Assembly (NCBI GenBank): GCA_964016885.1 | Contig: OZ024749.1 | Location: 1,984,001 to 2,048,000, forward strand | Length of the DNA: 64,000 nt | Reading direction: 5' to 3' | Source of the DNA: Eledone cirrhosa | Lineage: Eukaryota | Shown here: positions 11,134-26,340 of the stretch, piece by piece | Numbering within the stretch: position 1 is the stretch's first letter | How the letters are laid out: every line of letters begins with the position of its first letter | Notes under the pieces: generated by a model | The model's input: only the letters and a program-made list of their open reading frames with translations | The model's database searches: none | Told to the model about the DNA's origin: nothing | Translations under genes and position numbers: made by a program

Positions 11134-11560
11134 TTGTTTCTAATTTAGGCACAGGGCCAGTATTTTAGGGGGAGGACAAAGTCAATTAAATCAACTCCAG
11201 TGCATTACTGGTACTTCATTCTATCGACCTTCTAAATATTAACCGTTATAGTGACTTGCAAATAAATACGTACATGAATAATAATTGTTTCTACATTTGG
11301 CACACGGCCAGCAATTACCCAGTGCATTACTGGTACTTTATTTTATCGACCCCGTAAGGATGAAAGGCAAAGTCAACCTCGGCGAATAATAATGATAATA
11401 ATAATGGTTTCTACTTTCGGCACAAGGCCAGCAATTTGAAGGGCAGGAGGAAAGTCGATTAAATTGACCCCAGTATTTTACCAGTATTTTATAGTATTGA
11501 CTTCAAATGAAATCAAATGATTCAAAGTTCTGAGTTCTGAGTTCAAATCCCGCCGTGGTT
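11134..11560 (-). mobile_element. Cluster of three partial tRNA-derived SINEs (Meta-domain-like)
   Basis: Reverse complement of GCCTTTCATCCTTACGGGGTCGATAAAATAAAGTACCAG...GGCCTTGTGCCAAAAGTAGAAAC(AAT/TAT)n. Confidence 0.75.
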
Positions 11561-12518
11561 TCCTTGTTTAGTAAACATAACCCGTCACCCAGTCTAATAC
11601 CACTGTCTTTAGTGATCCCTGGTTTAGTAAACATAACCCGTCACCCAGTCTAATACCACTGTCTTTAGGGGTCAGGCGAAGTTTCTAATTTGAAAAACTT
11701 TATTTTCTACCTTTCCAGTAGTCAGGAAGATGCCCTTCCTCTTGACAAAAAAAAAAAGTAACAGTTTGCCGCTTTCATAGAATTTAATGCTTTGCTTTGC
11801 TACATAACTCCCATTGTTAGATTCGAACAAATAAATGAGGAATACGTAACAAGGTTTTCCAGAGAGAAAACTGCAGAAAGCCGACGCTAAATGTAATGAA
11901 TATTAACAAAAAAATAAAGAAAAAAATATTTATTAAAATAATTAATTCATTAATAAAAAAAAAAAATGAAAACAAATCAATACTTTTGAATTAAATATTC
12001 GATTTAGCTGTTGGAAAGAAAATAGTTTGAAATAAATATAAATACCAAAATGAAATATTAACTATCTGTAAGGATATGTCTGACTAATTACGTACACACA
12101 CATATATATTTATATATGTACGCACACACATATTCACCGACTGTATATAAGCATTCAGACGTACAAAGTATCATCTATGGAAATGGAAATATCATGTACT
12201 GTAAGCTATTTATAAAGTTTTAAAGGGGAGAAATGAGACAAAATGCGAAGCTTTTACATAATGATAGCTATAGTTGTTTTCACAAGAGAAGACATATCTC
12301 ACCTACCCCAAAGTGGGTGGGAGATCTTCCCGACTGACGGACACCATTGATAAGTCTGTAACTAACGCACAAGTCAACTGATATTTAAATATGTGCGATG
12401 CAATGTGTGTTTAAATGTGTAATTGTTTTTTGTTCAGCAGTGGCTGAGGAGGTCAAGCTGTAAATAGACCGAAATATTACATATTTACAATATGGGGTAT
12501 ATTAACGGTATGCACTTG

Positions 12519-13074
12519 AGACCTGCCAACCTCTGAAAACCCAAACAGGGAGTACCGTGAAAATATGAGAAAAATGGGGAGATTTTACTTAATTGTTTCT
12601 ACTTTAGGCACAAGGCCAGCAATTACCCAGTGCATTACTGGTACTTTATTTTATCGACCCCGTAAGGATGAAAGGCAAAGTCAACCTCGGCGGGATTTGA
12701 ACTCAGACTGTAAAGGGACGTAACTATGCTAGAAAGCATGGCGTCCAACCCTCTACCGATACTGCCAATTCACCTATATATAATTGTTTCTACATTTGGC
12801 ACAAGGCCAGCAATTACCAGTGTATTACTGGTACTTTATTTTATAGACCCCGAAAGGATGAAAGGCAAAGTTAACCTCGGCGGCATTTGAACTCAGACTG
12901 TAAAGGGACGTAACTATGCTAGAAAGCATGGCGTCCAACCCTCTACCGATACTGCCAATCTTCCGTCCTATATATAATGAAAGCTATATCTAATTTCATA
13001 AGAGAAGACATCTCTCACCAAGCCCGAAGTGGGTGGGAGAACTCCCCGTCGGACGGGGGAGAGTTGGCAGGTCT
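12519..13074. mobile_element. Small DNA transposon (MITE) interrupted by two SINEs
   Basis: Terminal inverted repeat AGACCTGCCAAC...GTTGGCAGGTCT; an internal segment recurs at ~12285-12335. Confidence 0.55.
12592..12967 (-). mobile_element. Two tandem near-full-length tRNA-derived SINEs
   Basis: Two ~185 bp near-identical units with TGGCAGTATCGGTAGAG head, GAGTTCAAAT B-box and conserved central domain. Confidence 0.85.
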
Positions 13075-13353
13075 GGTACGTCTGGTTAGTTTAAAGAGTA
13101 TATAGTTATAACGTCGTAGCACCGGCTACCAGTTCCGTCGTTGTGCACTCTCGGATATTAGATCTCCTGCTTAGATGAATTAAACTCTGTACTGCTTAAG
13201 TTCTTACGCATCTAGCTACTGATGTATATATATGTATGTAAGTATACAACCCACCCCCTCTCTCTCTCCCTCTCCCGCGCGCGCTCTCTCTCTCTCCTTC
13301 TCTCGCTCTTCCACACACACACGCACAGAAATGTAAATGTTCATGTTTGTTTA

Positions 13354-13392
<39 letters not shown>

Positions 13393-13416
13393 CTGTGTCT
13401 GTGTGTGTGTGTGTCT

Positions 13417-13468
<52 letters not shown>

Positions 13469-13914
13469 GTGTATGTGTGTGTGTATGTGTGTATGTGTAT
13501 GTGTGTGTGTATATGTGTGTGTGTGTATGTGTGTGTGTGTTAACACACATCAATTATACATATGTATGGCTTTTAACTAAATCTAGGAGATGTATTGTAT
13601 ATATGAGTATTAAGCAATTATATCAAAATTGATTTTTCAAGGTGTCTTCTATCCAAATAGACACACACACATGTATATACAAAGACACGTATATACATAA
13701 ATATGTATGCATACAAATATATCCATACTCACATATATACACACTCAAGTATATCTCGATAGACATACGTACACAAAAACATATATTTATATACACACAC
13801 ATGTACATTCTTTACTTACAAACATAGTTACTTACATACATACATAAATACATACATACATACATACATACAAACATACATACATACATATATACAAACA
13901 TACATACATACAAA

Positions 13915-14150
13915 CATGGTGGCTGCCAACTCGTTTTCGAGTACGGCCACTACTTTACATCCATGTAGGAGAACTCCCACCGATGCGCCGAACGAGTGTG
14001 ACCCTCTAGTCCAGCCAGCGACCCGAAAACTCTGGTGCAAACACCACACCTGCGACAATCACCGACACATAGTGCTGGGCCCACGGCACCATGCGACGAC
14101 AAGCGCAGAGAGATTTCCAGATATAAAGCAATGCCTGTGCCGTGAAGCTT
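13915..14150 (-). mobile_element. 3' part of a diverged family A RTE-derived element
   Basis: Reverse complement of the family A 3' end, with its tail at ~13853-13915. Confidence 0.75.
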
Positions 14151-14907
14151 TTATATATATATATATATATATCCAAAATTAAGATAAATTAAATTAAATT
14201 AAATTAAGGGTGTCATGCCGGAGATCATGCGCCATATCATCCGTAAAATATGCTCCAAGATTCTAATGAATAGATCCGAGCATTTTATATCAAGTAGAAA
14301 TTGATTGACATATAAATAAACATATGAAACAATCACAGGGGATAATTTGTAAAAATGTGTAAGCACTCATAGCTAGGTAGGTAACTAAATAAAGTTTAAC
14401 TAGAACTTCAAAAATAGATAACTTATAAAATGATTAATCTTCCTTCTATATATTCCATTAAAGAAATATATTTCACCAATTAATCGAATGCTAAACGACA
14501 GTAGCCAGATCCTAGATTTTCAACAAGGACGAGGTCCAACCATCTGTGTTTACGCATCAAATTCAAACCAGCGACTGGCTAGTAACACGTGCTGTATTTA
14601 CTAAAAATACGCACATCATACCAGCTTCGTCCCGGTGGCGTGAATAGGGTTATCGACAACTAGAAACAGCAGTCAAGTCCTTTCAACTGAGTTAGCTGTA
14701 CAATTAAGGGGCCGTATTTATATATATCCAAAATTAAGATAAATTAAATTAAATTAAATTAAATTAAGGGTGTCATGCCGGATAGACATGTGATTGTTTC
14801 ATATGTTTATTTATATGTCAATCAATTTCTAGTTGATATATATATATATATATATATATGCATACATTTTTCTACCCGCTGAAATGCGATTCTCGCTGAA
14901 TTTATAT

Positions 14908-14970
<63 letters not shown>

Positions 14971-15105
14971 GATTTCATTATATATATTTCAAGGATACCA
15001 AGTTACATTATGGTATGCCTTCATCAGACAAAAATCAGTTATAAAAATATTTGCTTGTTGTATCCCAACAATTTAAATAAAACTTTTGCATATATATATA
15101 GAAAG

Positions 15106-15182
<77 letters not shown>

Positions 15183-15295
15183 GAGAGAGAGTTTATGGTG
15201 CTGAGCGCGAGGAAAATGGTAATCATGCGAGTACTTGATGCATGGGAAGATGCAGAGTAGGTATACAGATATGTATGTATAGTAAGTGTGTGTGT

Positions 15296-17625
<2,330 letters not shown>

Positions 17626-18342
17626 ATATAGGGGTGTGACTCGGAGGAGCAGTTTGCAACCTTTGAAGAGCAATAAGAAACAAACCTTATAGTGTTATTA
17701 CTTCAATTAAGATCGATATTAATTGGAAAACATATATTTGACCTGGTTCGATTTCTAAACTTGTTTTCTTTCTTACACTTTCCCAATCTGCTTTTTTGTG
17801 TATACATGTATACACACATACATACCTACATATATATACATATGTGTGAAGGTGTGCGTATGTGTATACATATATACATATCTACATATATATACATATA
17901 TGTGAGTGTGTGTATATGTGTATATGTGTATACATACATACCTACATATATATACATATGTTTGAGTGTGTGTGTATGTGTATACATACATACACACATA
18001 CATGTATATACATATATGTGAGTGTGTGTGTATGTGTATACATAAATACATACATATATATATATATACATATATGTGAGTGTGTGTGTAGGTGTATACA
18101 TACATACACACATGTGGAGATACATAAAATCATAATATTGATAATCATTATGTAATATTATCAGTTAGTTGTAATAGAACTATGGTAAATATTTGCAGTT
18201 TCTCAAGGGTTGACATCTGATCAATAACTTCGATCTCTGTATTTGACTCTTAATTACATGATCGATTGTTCGGAACGGTTAAATACGAATCCCCTCTTCT
18301 TTCTCCATAACAAAACTAATAAAAATAAATGTGTGGCAATCC

Positions 18343-18379
<37 letters not shown>

Positions 18380-18623
18380 GTATATATCTGTGTGGTTGTG
18401 TGTGAGGCCGGTTTCAATCGGGGGTACCCACAGTATGTAAGGTACTCAATACGTTAGTAGAATCTATACAACAAATCTAATATAGAAATGGCTTCTACAG
18501 CACTAGAACTATTTTATTTGAAGGATGTAATAAGGAAAGCTTTCCTGATGATTTCCTTTGAATTTCTGTTATGTAGAAGCCACTTCTATATTAAATTTAT
18601 TACATATAAATATATGTATGTAT

Positions 18624-19124
18624 GTCAGGTCGCTCTCGAGTGCTACTGGTAACGTATGTACAGCCTGTCTCATGGTCAGGTCGTCGGCGACTAAACCAAC
18701 AACCCCCACCAAGCTTGCTTGGTGAGGAGGGTGACATTTGGACAACCTGCCGGATGAAATACAAGACCAGGCAAAGGGCGGAGGAACTCAGCAGAGTCAA
18801 CGGCCATCCAAATAGCATATATATTTTTTTTACACCTGGGAGTTAAAGGCTTTCTAGGAGAGGGAAACTCTGAAGAAAAAACCTGCAGCCTCGGAAGCAT
18901 CCGATGATGTTGACCAGTTCTCCTTTTCGGCCAGTGTTTTCGATGGACAGAGAGTGGGATTGGTCGAGTGCAAGGCCTTTCCCCACTTAAAAAAACCTTC
19001 AAAGCGCAGGCATTGCTTGTTCAGGATATATTACAGGTTCGTATGTTGGCCGTAGTCTAAAAGTGCACCGAATTCTGTAATCTGATAGGCGATGTCATTA
19101 CTCTTAGCAGAGTTTGCAGCCATC
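18624..19124 (+). mobile_element. Bipartite non-autonomous RTE-derived element, family C
   Basis: 5' region homologous to A and B; different 3' end ACTCT-TAGC-AGAGT-TTGCAGCCATC then (ATGT)n. Confidence 0.72.
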
Positions 19125-19188
19125 ATGTATGTATGTATGTATGTATGTATGTATGTATGTATGTATGTATGTATGTATGTATGTTTAT

Positions 19189-19796
19189 GTCAGGTCACCA
19201 CTTGGTGCTACTGGTAACATGTATCCCAGTACAACCTGTCTCATGGTCGGGTCGTTGGCGACTAAACTGGCAACCCCACTAAGGTTTCTTGGTGAGGAGG
19301 GTGTCTTTGGACATCCTGCAGGACTAAAAACAAAACCTGTCAAAGGGCAAAGGAGCTCTTAAGAGTCAATGGCCATCCAAAATCACTGGGAGAGATGACC
19401 CCTTAGCCTTTGTCAAGGCAGAATTCTAGGAGAAGGAAAACTCTGATATAACACCTGCAACCCTGATGGTATCCAATGATGTTGACTTGTTCTTCTTTTT
19501 GGTAAATATCATCTTGGTTAAGAGAGTGGGACTGGCTTTGTGCAGTGCCTTTGCTCACTATAAAAGCTTCACGGCACAGGCATTGCTTTATATCTGGAGA
19601 TCTCTCTGCACTTGCCGTCACATGGTACCATGGGCCCAGCACTATGTGTCAATAATTGTCACAAGTGTAGTGTTTGTACCAGAGTTTTCAAGTCGCTGAC
19701 TGGACTAAAAAGTCACACTCGTTCAGCGCATCGGTAGGGGTTCTCCTACATGGATATAAAGTAGTGGCCGTACTCGAAAACGAGTTGGCAGCCACC
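19189..19796 (+). mobile_element. Family A RTE-derived element, apparently full length
   Basis: Near-identical to 71-657 with an extra 5' hairpin; flanked by (TATG)n. Confidence 0.82.
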
Positions 19797-19815
19797 ATGT
19801 ATGTATGTATGTATG

Positions 19816-20299
19816 TTATCTTTTTCTCTTAATTTCGAGTATATTTTTTTGACCGGCCACCTTCCTGGTGGCAAGGTTGTAAAAGAAAAGAAATTGTCAT
19901 CCCTTGAATCACAAGAATGTTTTGCAAATTTTGATGGTGCCAGCTATCGCAGCCATTTGTAGACTATGAATTAGGGAGCTGCGCTCTTTGTCCAAGTTCA
20001 GTCATACTTTGGTCCAAGCGGGTTGGTATATAACCCGTAGCTCCAATAATGATGGGTATGAAGCTAAAGGTGTATCTTGGATACTGGATGTAAACTCCTC
20101 ATCAATGGTCCGTAGATGTCCTCCTTCTCCTGTATTTTTTTAACAACGTTTACACAAGTGGGCAGCTGATCTCCACAACAGAACACGTTTTCAATGTGTG
20201 GTCCCAAACAACAATATCAGGCCGGTTGTGCTTTAATTTGGTGGCAGTTTTTATTTTCAGGTTCCACCAGTATTCCTTAGTGCCATCTATCTCAGATAT
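19816..20299 (-). mobile_element. 5'-truncated copy of the R4/Dong-like element
   Basis: Matches ~1364-1855 (3'UTR plus RPDIV region); (CATA)n on both sides. Confidence 0.88.
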
Positions 20300-20439
20300 T
20301 GTATGTATGTATGTCTGTCTCAGATGTATGTATGTATGTATGTATGTATGTATGTATGTATGTATGTATGTATGTATGTATGTATGTATGTATGTATGTA
20401 TGCATGCATGCATGCATGTATGCATATATGTATGTATTA

Positions 20440-21840
20440 CACGGTGTAACAAAAAAACATGTTTTTCTCTGTTCTTGGCTTGTAATCACTTTTTTGTGTT
20501 GCTTAGGTCCCAAATAAATAAGAAAAAAGTGCTATTAAACAGTTAAAAGTTTGGGTGTGTAAAAATTCTAAGTTATTCACTAGAATTATTTGTATGCTGG
20601 ATTTTACGTTGTATGTAAGTTTAATTTGCTTATGTTAAACGATTTTTTTAAATATATGTTTCAGGTTAAATTAAAATTATAAAATAAAAAGTAATACCTA
20701 AAGAAAATTATAAAAGTGCAATAAAGAATAAAATTGTTAAAAAGTGGATTAAAGAGATTTATTGATACTGGATTTTCGCACCCTGAATAAAGGGTAAGTT
20801 GTGTTTTAAGCATTCGTCTCCAGGATGAAGCAGTGGAACTTGGTCAAGGAGGAAGTGCAGGTGACAAGTCAGAGAAGTCGACACGAACCTTTCTCAGGCT
20901 TTTACACTCTTAGGGATGGCCTCTGCTTCTGCCATGACGTGCCTGAACTGTTTGACGTTATTGGGGTGCAGTTTGTGCCCAAGGAGGTGCGGCTATTTAT
21001 AGACAGCTCCACCACAAGTTTGAAGGCTGTCCTCCTCCACAATGGAAACAAGTTACCGACACTGCCCCTAGCTCATTCAGTCTGCCTGAAGGAAGATTAC
21101 TACAGTGTGAAAGTCCTTTTGGAAGCTCTGCAATACAACCAGTACAATTGGGAAATCATTGGAGACTTCAAGATGGTGGCTTTCCTGATTAACATCCAAG
21201 GAGGCTTTATCAGATTCCAATGCTTCCTCTGCCCTTGGGACAGCAGAGCCACCTCTGACCACTAAAAAAGAAAGAACTGGGAGCAGCGAACAGAATTTGT
21301 AGTTGGGACCCGGAACGTCATATGGGAGCCACTGGTTGATCCCAGGATTGTGCTCATGCCTCCACTGCACATTAAGTTGGGGTTGATGAAGCAATTTGTG
21401 AAGGCTCTCAACCAAGAATCAGCCGCTTTTAAGTACCTTCTTGAATTCTTCCCCAAGTTATCTGAGGCCAAAATCAAAGGTGGAATTTTTGTTGGACCTC
21501 AGATAAAGAAGGTGTTTGACTCTACCGAGTTCTCCAATAAGCTCAATAGGATTGAGAGAATAGCATGGAACTGTTTCAAGGCAGTTGTTAAGGGCTTCCT
21601 GGGCAACTACAGAGCTGAAAACTACCAGCAATTGGTGCAGGATCCGATAAATGCTTTTGGCGCCATGAGATGCAGGATGTCGCTTAAACTCCATATGCTG
21701 GTCGTTCACCTGGAAAAATTCAAGGACAATATGGGCGCCTACTCAGAAAAACAAGCGAATGATTCCACCAACATGTGAAAGAGATAGAGCGGAGGTACCA
21801 GGGCCACTACAATGAAAAAATGATGGGGGACTATATCCAC
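20440..21840 (+). mobile_element. Chapaev3-like DNA transposon relic with transposase pseudogene
   Basis: Starts TTA|CACGGTGTAAC. Translation RLFIDSSTTSLKAVLLHNGN..GDFKMV..CFLCPWDSR..PPLHIKLGLMKQFVKAL..MSLKLHML. In-frame stop at 21263 and frameshift near 21752; right terminus not found. Confidence 0.72.
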
Positions 21841-22380
21841 GTCTAGAATATGTTGGGTTCTTCCAGAATTAGTGGGCACCTGTCTAAAGGTACTAAGCAT
21901 ATTGATCTATTGATACTAGGTACGTGACGAGCCAAGCTGCACGGGGTGGAGTACATGAGCTTGAACGTGTGCCTATTAAAAATCACAGTGAAGTACTTCA
22001 AATTAAAGAAACTTGCCAAGCATCTCACTCTAGGGGTAGATTATTTGTTAAGCCATCTAAAGCTAGAAGGCTCAACAGATGTTCCTCTTACTGAAGTTTG
22101 ACGAGCAAAAGAACAGACTTGACCATTCCAATTAAGATAGCTCCACCAGAAGTTGCTCAACATTACATACGTCCAAAAGATCCAGCATGGTGCACAATAC
22201 AGTACGCATGCGTAGTACTAACAACAAGGTAATGGTTTGCACATTATAGACCTGGTGACGAGTATAAAATTGCTACAAGAAATAGTAGTCAACAGAAACA
22301 ACTCAATATTTAAGGAGTAGCAAATATCGTATATATTTAAACATTTGTCAGTTATATACTGATGATGCTTGTGAAGTTTC

Positions 22381-22725
22381 AGGGTCGGACGCCATGCTTT
22401 GCAGCATAGAGTTACACCCCTTTATGGTCTGATTTCAAATCTCGTCGAGGTTAACTTTGTTTATCATCCTTACATGGTCGATAAAATAAAGTACCAGTAA
22501 TACACTGGATTAATTGCTGGCCTTGTGCCAAAATGTAGAAACAATTATTTAGATAGGTTGTATCGGGTGAGGGTCGGATGCCATGCCTAGCAGTCTAAGG
22601 TTACGGCCCTTTACGGTCTGAATTCAAATCTTGACGACGTTAACTTTATCTTTCATCCTTACGGGGTCGATAAAATAATGCACTGGGATAATTGCTGGCC
22701 TTGTGCTAAAAGTAGAAACGATTAT
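22381..22725 (+). mobile_element. Two tandem tRNA-derived SINEs
   Basis: Same family as 12592-12967. Confidence 0.8.
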
Positions 22726-23074
22726 TTTAAAGTACTTTACTGCGATCTTCCCAATGGCACGTCTGTGCCTGAATTAAGATATTTATATATTTATATTCAT
22801 AAGCTTCTATTAATTGGATTCAAAGCAAACTTTTCAATATATATGATATATATATAATATGTATACATATACGTATATATTCTAATGACTTACTGCCCGG
22901 CGGATGAGCTCTTGCCGTTTCGAGTAATAATACTAAGAGGTCAGTCGTCAGGTAGTAACTCATTAGAATAACTACACTCCACTTTCTTAAGTATCGAGTA
23001 CTAAGCTGAACAATGCTCTCACTGGCCTAAACTTGTAACTCATATGTATACAGACACGTCTAAAGATCTCTAAA

Positions 23075-23305
23075 GTCCGTATTATCCCGGTTTCATGGCG
23101 TAAAGCGACTGAAAGTACAAGACACCGCCCTGGACAGGACGCCACTCCATCACAGGGTTAAACCCTCTGCTATTGCTGGAGCAGCGTGAAATGAGGTTTC
23201 GCTCAAGAACACACGGCACAACACAACCCAGGAATTATATGATTGAACTCACGACATTATATGATTGTAAGTCAAACACCCTTACCACTAGGCCACGTGC
23301 CTCTA
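23075..23305 (-). mobile_element. tRNA-derived SINE with CORE-like segment
   Basis: Minus strand GGCACGTGGCCTAGTGGTAAGG (A-box-like), GAGTTCAATC (B-box-like), GTGTTCTTGAGCGAAACCTCATTTCAC. Confidence 0.65.
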
Positions 23306-23785
23306 CAGACACACACATATGTATATATATGAAATATAGATATATACATATAGATATTCATATATATATATATATATATGCATATATATATAAAATGATT
23401 TTCCCATACATATCTTTATACAATTGCGCCTGAAGCTAAATTCTAATTCTATTCTTAAAGTTGAGCCAACTTATACAGCTTCATATGCAAATGAGATTAA
23501 TCACCTCATTTACATAGAAAACTATATATTCTCGCCTGTTATCAAGTCCAGCAGTTGAAAGAGTGGGAGGTATCGTCCCGATGAGAACCAGTTCAGGTCG
23601 AAATGCATCGATCATTGTCCCCCTCGCTTCTGCTGGACATCGCCAGGTGGCGATAGCCGCCGGTGTGCTTGCATAGATACGGCTTTCTAAATGTTTATTT
23701 ATAAGCATTTATAAGCATACCGTATTACTTTGGAAATACGAAATTCCAGTACACCCCCCCCCCCCCCCTCATATATATATAAGTG

Positions 23786-23816
<31 letters not shown>

Positions 23817-23910
23817 GTGATATTTCTTAGTAAAACATATAACGTAATGTTTTGAATTTTTACAGGAACCATCTCTGTCCATTCCTTGTCTATTACTTAA
23901 TAGAAGACTC

Positions 23911-24055
23911 CTTTAAGCTCAGTTCTAGCATATGACCACTTTAAGGTCAGTTGTAACATATGACCACTTTAAGGTCAGTTCTAACATATGACCACTTTAA
24001 GGTCAGTTCTAACATATGACCACTTTAAGGTCAGTTCTAGCATATGACCACTTTC
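23911..24055. repeat. 28-bp minisatellite, ~5 copies
   Basis: ATATGACCACTTTAAGGTCAGTTCTAAC repeated. Confidence 0.9.
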
Positions 24056-24158
24056 AAACGTCATTACACGGTAAACACTACATCAAAGTTGGAATTGATT
24101 TGACTAAGGAAAGAGAGGCAGGATTCTGCTTTGCATTGGATTCTAAGTTGCATTGTCT

Positions 24159-24270
<112 letters not shown>

Positions 24271-24386
24271 AGTTCCACACAAGATGAACGCAAAACTGTG
24301 TCAATCTGCAATCTTGTCCTTCACTAAAGTAGAAACATTTGTCTTGGATTTGACAGAAAATATATATTAATCTTTTATGTTGAAGA

Positions 24387-24474
<88 letters not shown>

Positions 24475-24823
24475 AAGTATGTTTTCAAACAGCGAGCAAG
24501 TTTGAAATTAGAAAATAGAAGCTTTCGCCGTATTTTATTTACTAAAGAAATTTTAGCCTGATAGTGGGGTTTAGAACCCTCAGAAAAATGGAAAAAATAT
24601 GAGTATTGACGTACATGGGAGTCGAACCCACATCTTTGGTAAGAGAGCGTACCAAAGTTTTGGTACCCTTGAAATATATATCATAGAATAAATATAGATT
24701 TATAAATATATTTTCCATTTATTTAATATCATTGAATATTATACTCCAAAATACAGTTGAGTGCTTTGAATCAGTTATAAACATTTATATTTGTTGAATT
24801 ACCAACAATTTAAATATCCCTTT

Positions 24824-24918
<95 letters not shown>

Positions 24919-25016
24919 AAAGGATAACAAGGACGATTGATTACTGCTTCATTTCATTTATTGGTAGGTGACGGGCGTTTGGGGTGAACCTGCAGTAATT
25001 CCAAGTTACACTCCCT

Positions 25017-25065
<49 letters not shown>

Positions 25066-25095
25066 ATCAAAAGATGGTTAAAGGAGTTCCATGTA

Positions 25096-25162
25096 TTTTA
25101 TTATGCGCATTTCAAAAACAAACATCATCATGCAATAATATTTGTGTTTTCATCAGATAAAA
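25096..25162 (-). ncRNA. Hammerhead ribozyme motif (mirror copy of 25286-25352)
   Basis: Reverse complement of 25286-25352. Confidence 0.7.
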
Positions 25163-25285
25163 CAGGAGAACATGATATGAAGGCTAAAAAACACTTGTGG
25201 ATAGTGCAGTTTTAAATCAACAATATGTTGATTTAAAACTGCACTATCCACAAGTGTTTTTTAGCCTTCATATCATGTTCTCCTG

Positions 25286-25352
25286 TTTTATCTGATGAAA
25301 ACACAAATATTATTGCATGATGATGTTTGTTTTTGAAATGCGCATAATAAAA
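25286..25352 (+). ncRNA. Type I minimal hammerhead ribozyme motif
   Basis: UUUUAU-CUGAUGA-[long AU-rich stem II]-GAA-AUGCGCAU-A-AUAAAA; palindromic stem III. Confidence 0.72.
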
Positions 25353-25478
25353 TACATGGAACTCCTTTAACCATCTTTTGATCTTATATTATGTATACTC
25401 CAGTCCTACAAACTGTAGAGTGCTTCTTATCCGATATCTGCATTGCTTTATTGTACTACAATAAAACTCACCTCCTAC

Positions 25479-25551
<73 letters not shown>

Positions 25552-25857
25552 ATATCTATCTATCTATATATGTATATAACAAAGGGATTGTGGTAAGGAA
25601 CCAGATGGATCATAACGTACTAGAGTACTCAATACTTAGGGTAGTAGAGTGGGAAATAGGAAAAAGTAAGACCCCAACGGCAGAGCTCAAGCCGTTTCGA
25701 CGGCTATTTCTGGACAAGGCAAAATGAATATTTAAATTGTTGGTAATTCAACGAATATAAATGTTTATAACTGATTCAAAGCACTCAACTGTATTTTGGA
25801 GTATAATATTCAATGATATTAAATAAATGGAAACTATATTTATACAACTATATTTAT

Positions 25858-25912
25858 TCTATGATATATATTTCAAGGGTACCAAAACTTTGGTACGCTC
25901 TCTTCAGATAAA
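25858..25912 (-). ncRNA. Type I minimal hammerhead ribozyme motif
   Basis: UUUAU-CUGAAGA-GAGCGUACCAA(AGUU)UUGGUACCCUU-GAA-AUAUAUAU-C-AUAGA. Confidence 0.72.
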
Positions 25913-26340
25913 CTACAAAGTTTGTTTTATAAATATTGACATAACCAGGAAGAAGAACTTAACGGTTCAAGTTTTTCCTGGATATGTAGATATGGATATA
26001 TATGGATATATATCTCTCTATATATATATACACACGTCATACCACCCAGAAAACATATCAACCCTCCACCATATCGGCGAAAAAGTAGTTTTACAAACTT
26101 TCTTTCCGATCAATACAACTTAATCTTCCAGATCAATAGTATAGTTACTACGCCTAATCAATAAACGTATAGATCGATATCTTGTAATCTTCTTTCGGTT
26201 CATTTATCCTATTCATTTGTCTTTATTCGACAGAAAACTTCCTATTCTTTCGTTAATCCGTTAATCCATATAGGACGGCAATAATATTACGCTACTCTAA
26301 TAATCCCTTTTACGATTGGATCTTCAAATTAAATTATATT

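Larger units (their letters stand above)
25061..25387. repeat. Perfect ~162-bp-arm palindrome (inverted Penelope-like terminal repeat)
   Basis: Arms 25061-25222 and 25226-25387 around a 3-nt spacer; each arm carries a hammerhead motif. Confidence 0.9.

Noticed and set aside
11564-11667. ~57-bp tandem duplication (a similar ~48-bp one at 10573-10668)
   Set aside because: Simple local duplication with no further structure.
24605-24640. tRNA gene (minus-strand GGGTTCGACTCCC)
   Set aside because: Only a T-arm-like fragment; no full cloverleaf.
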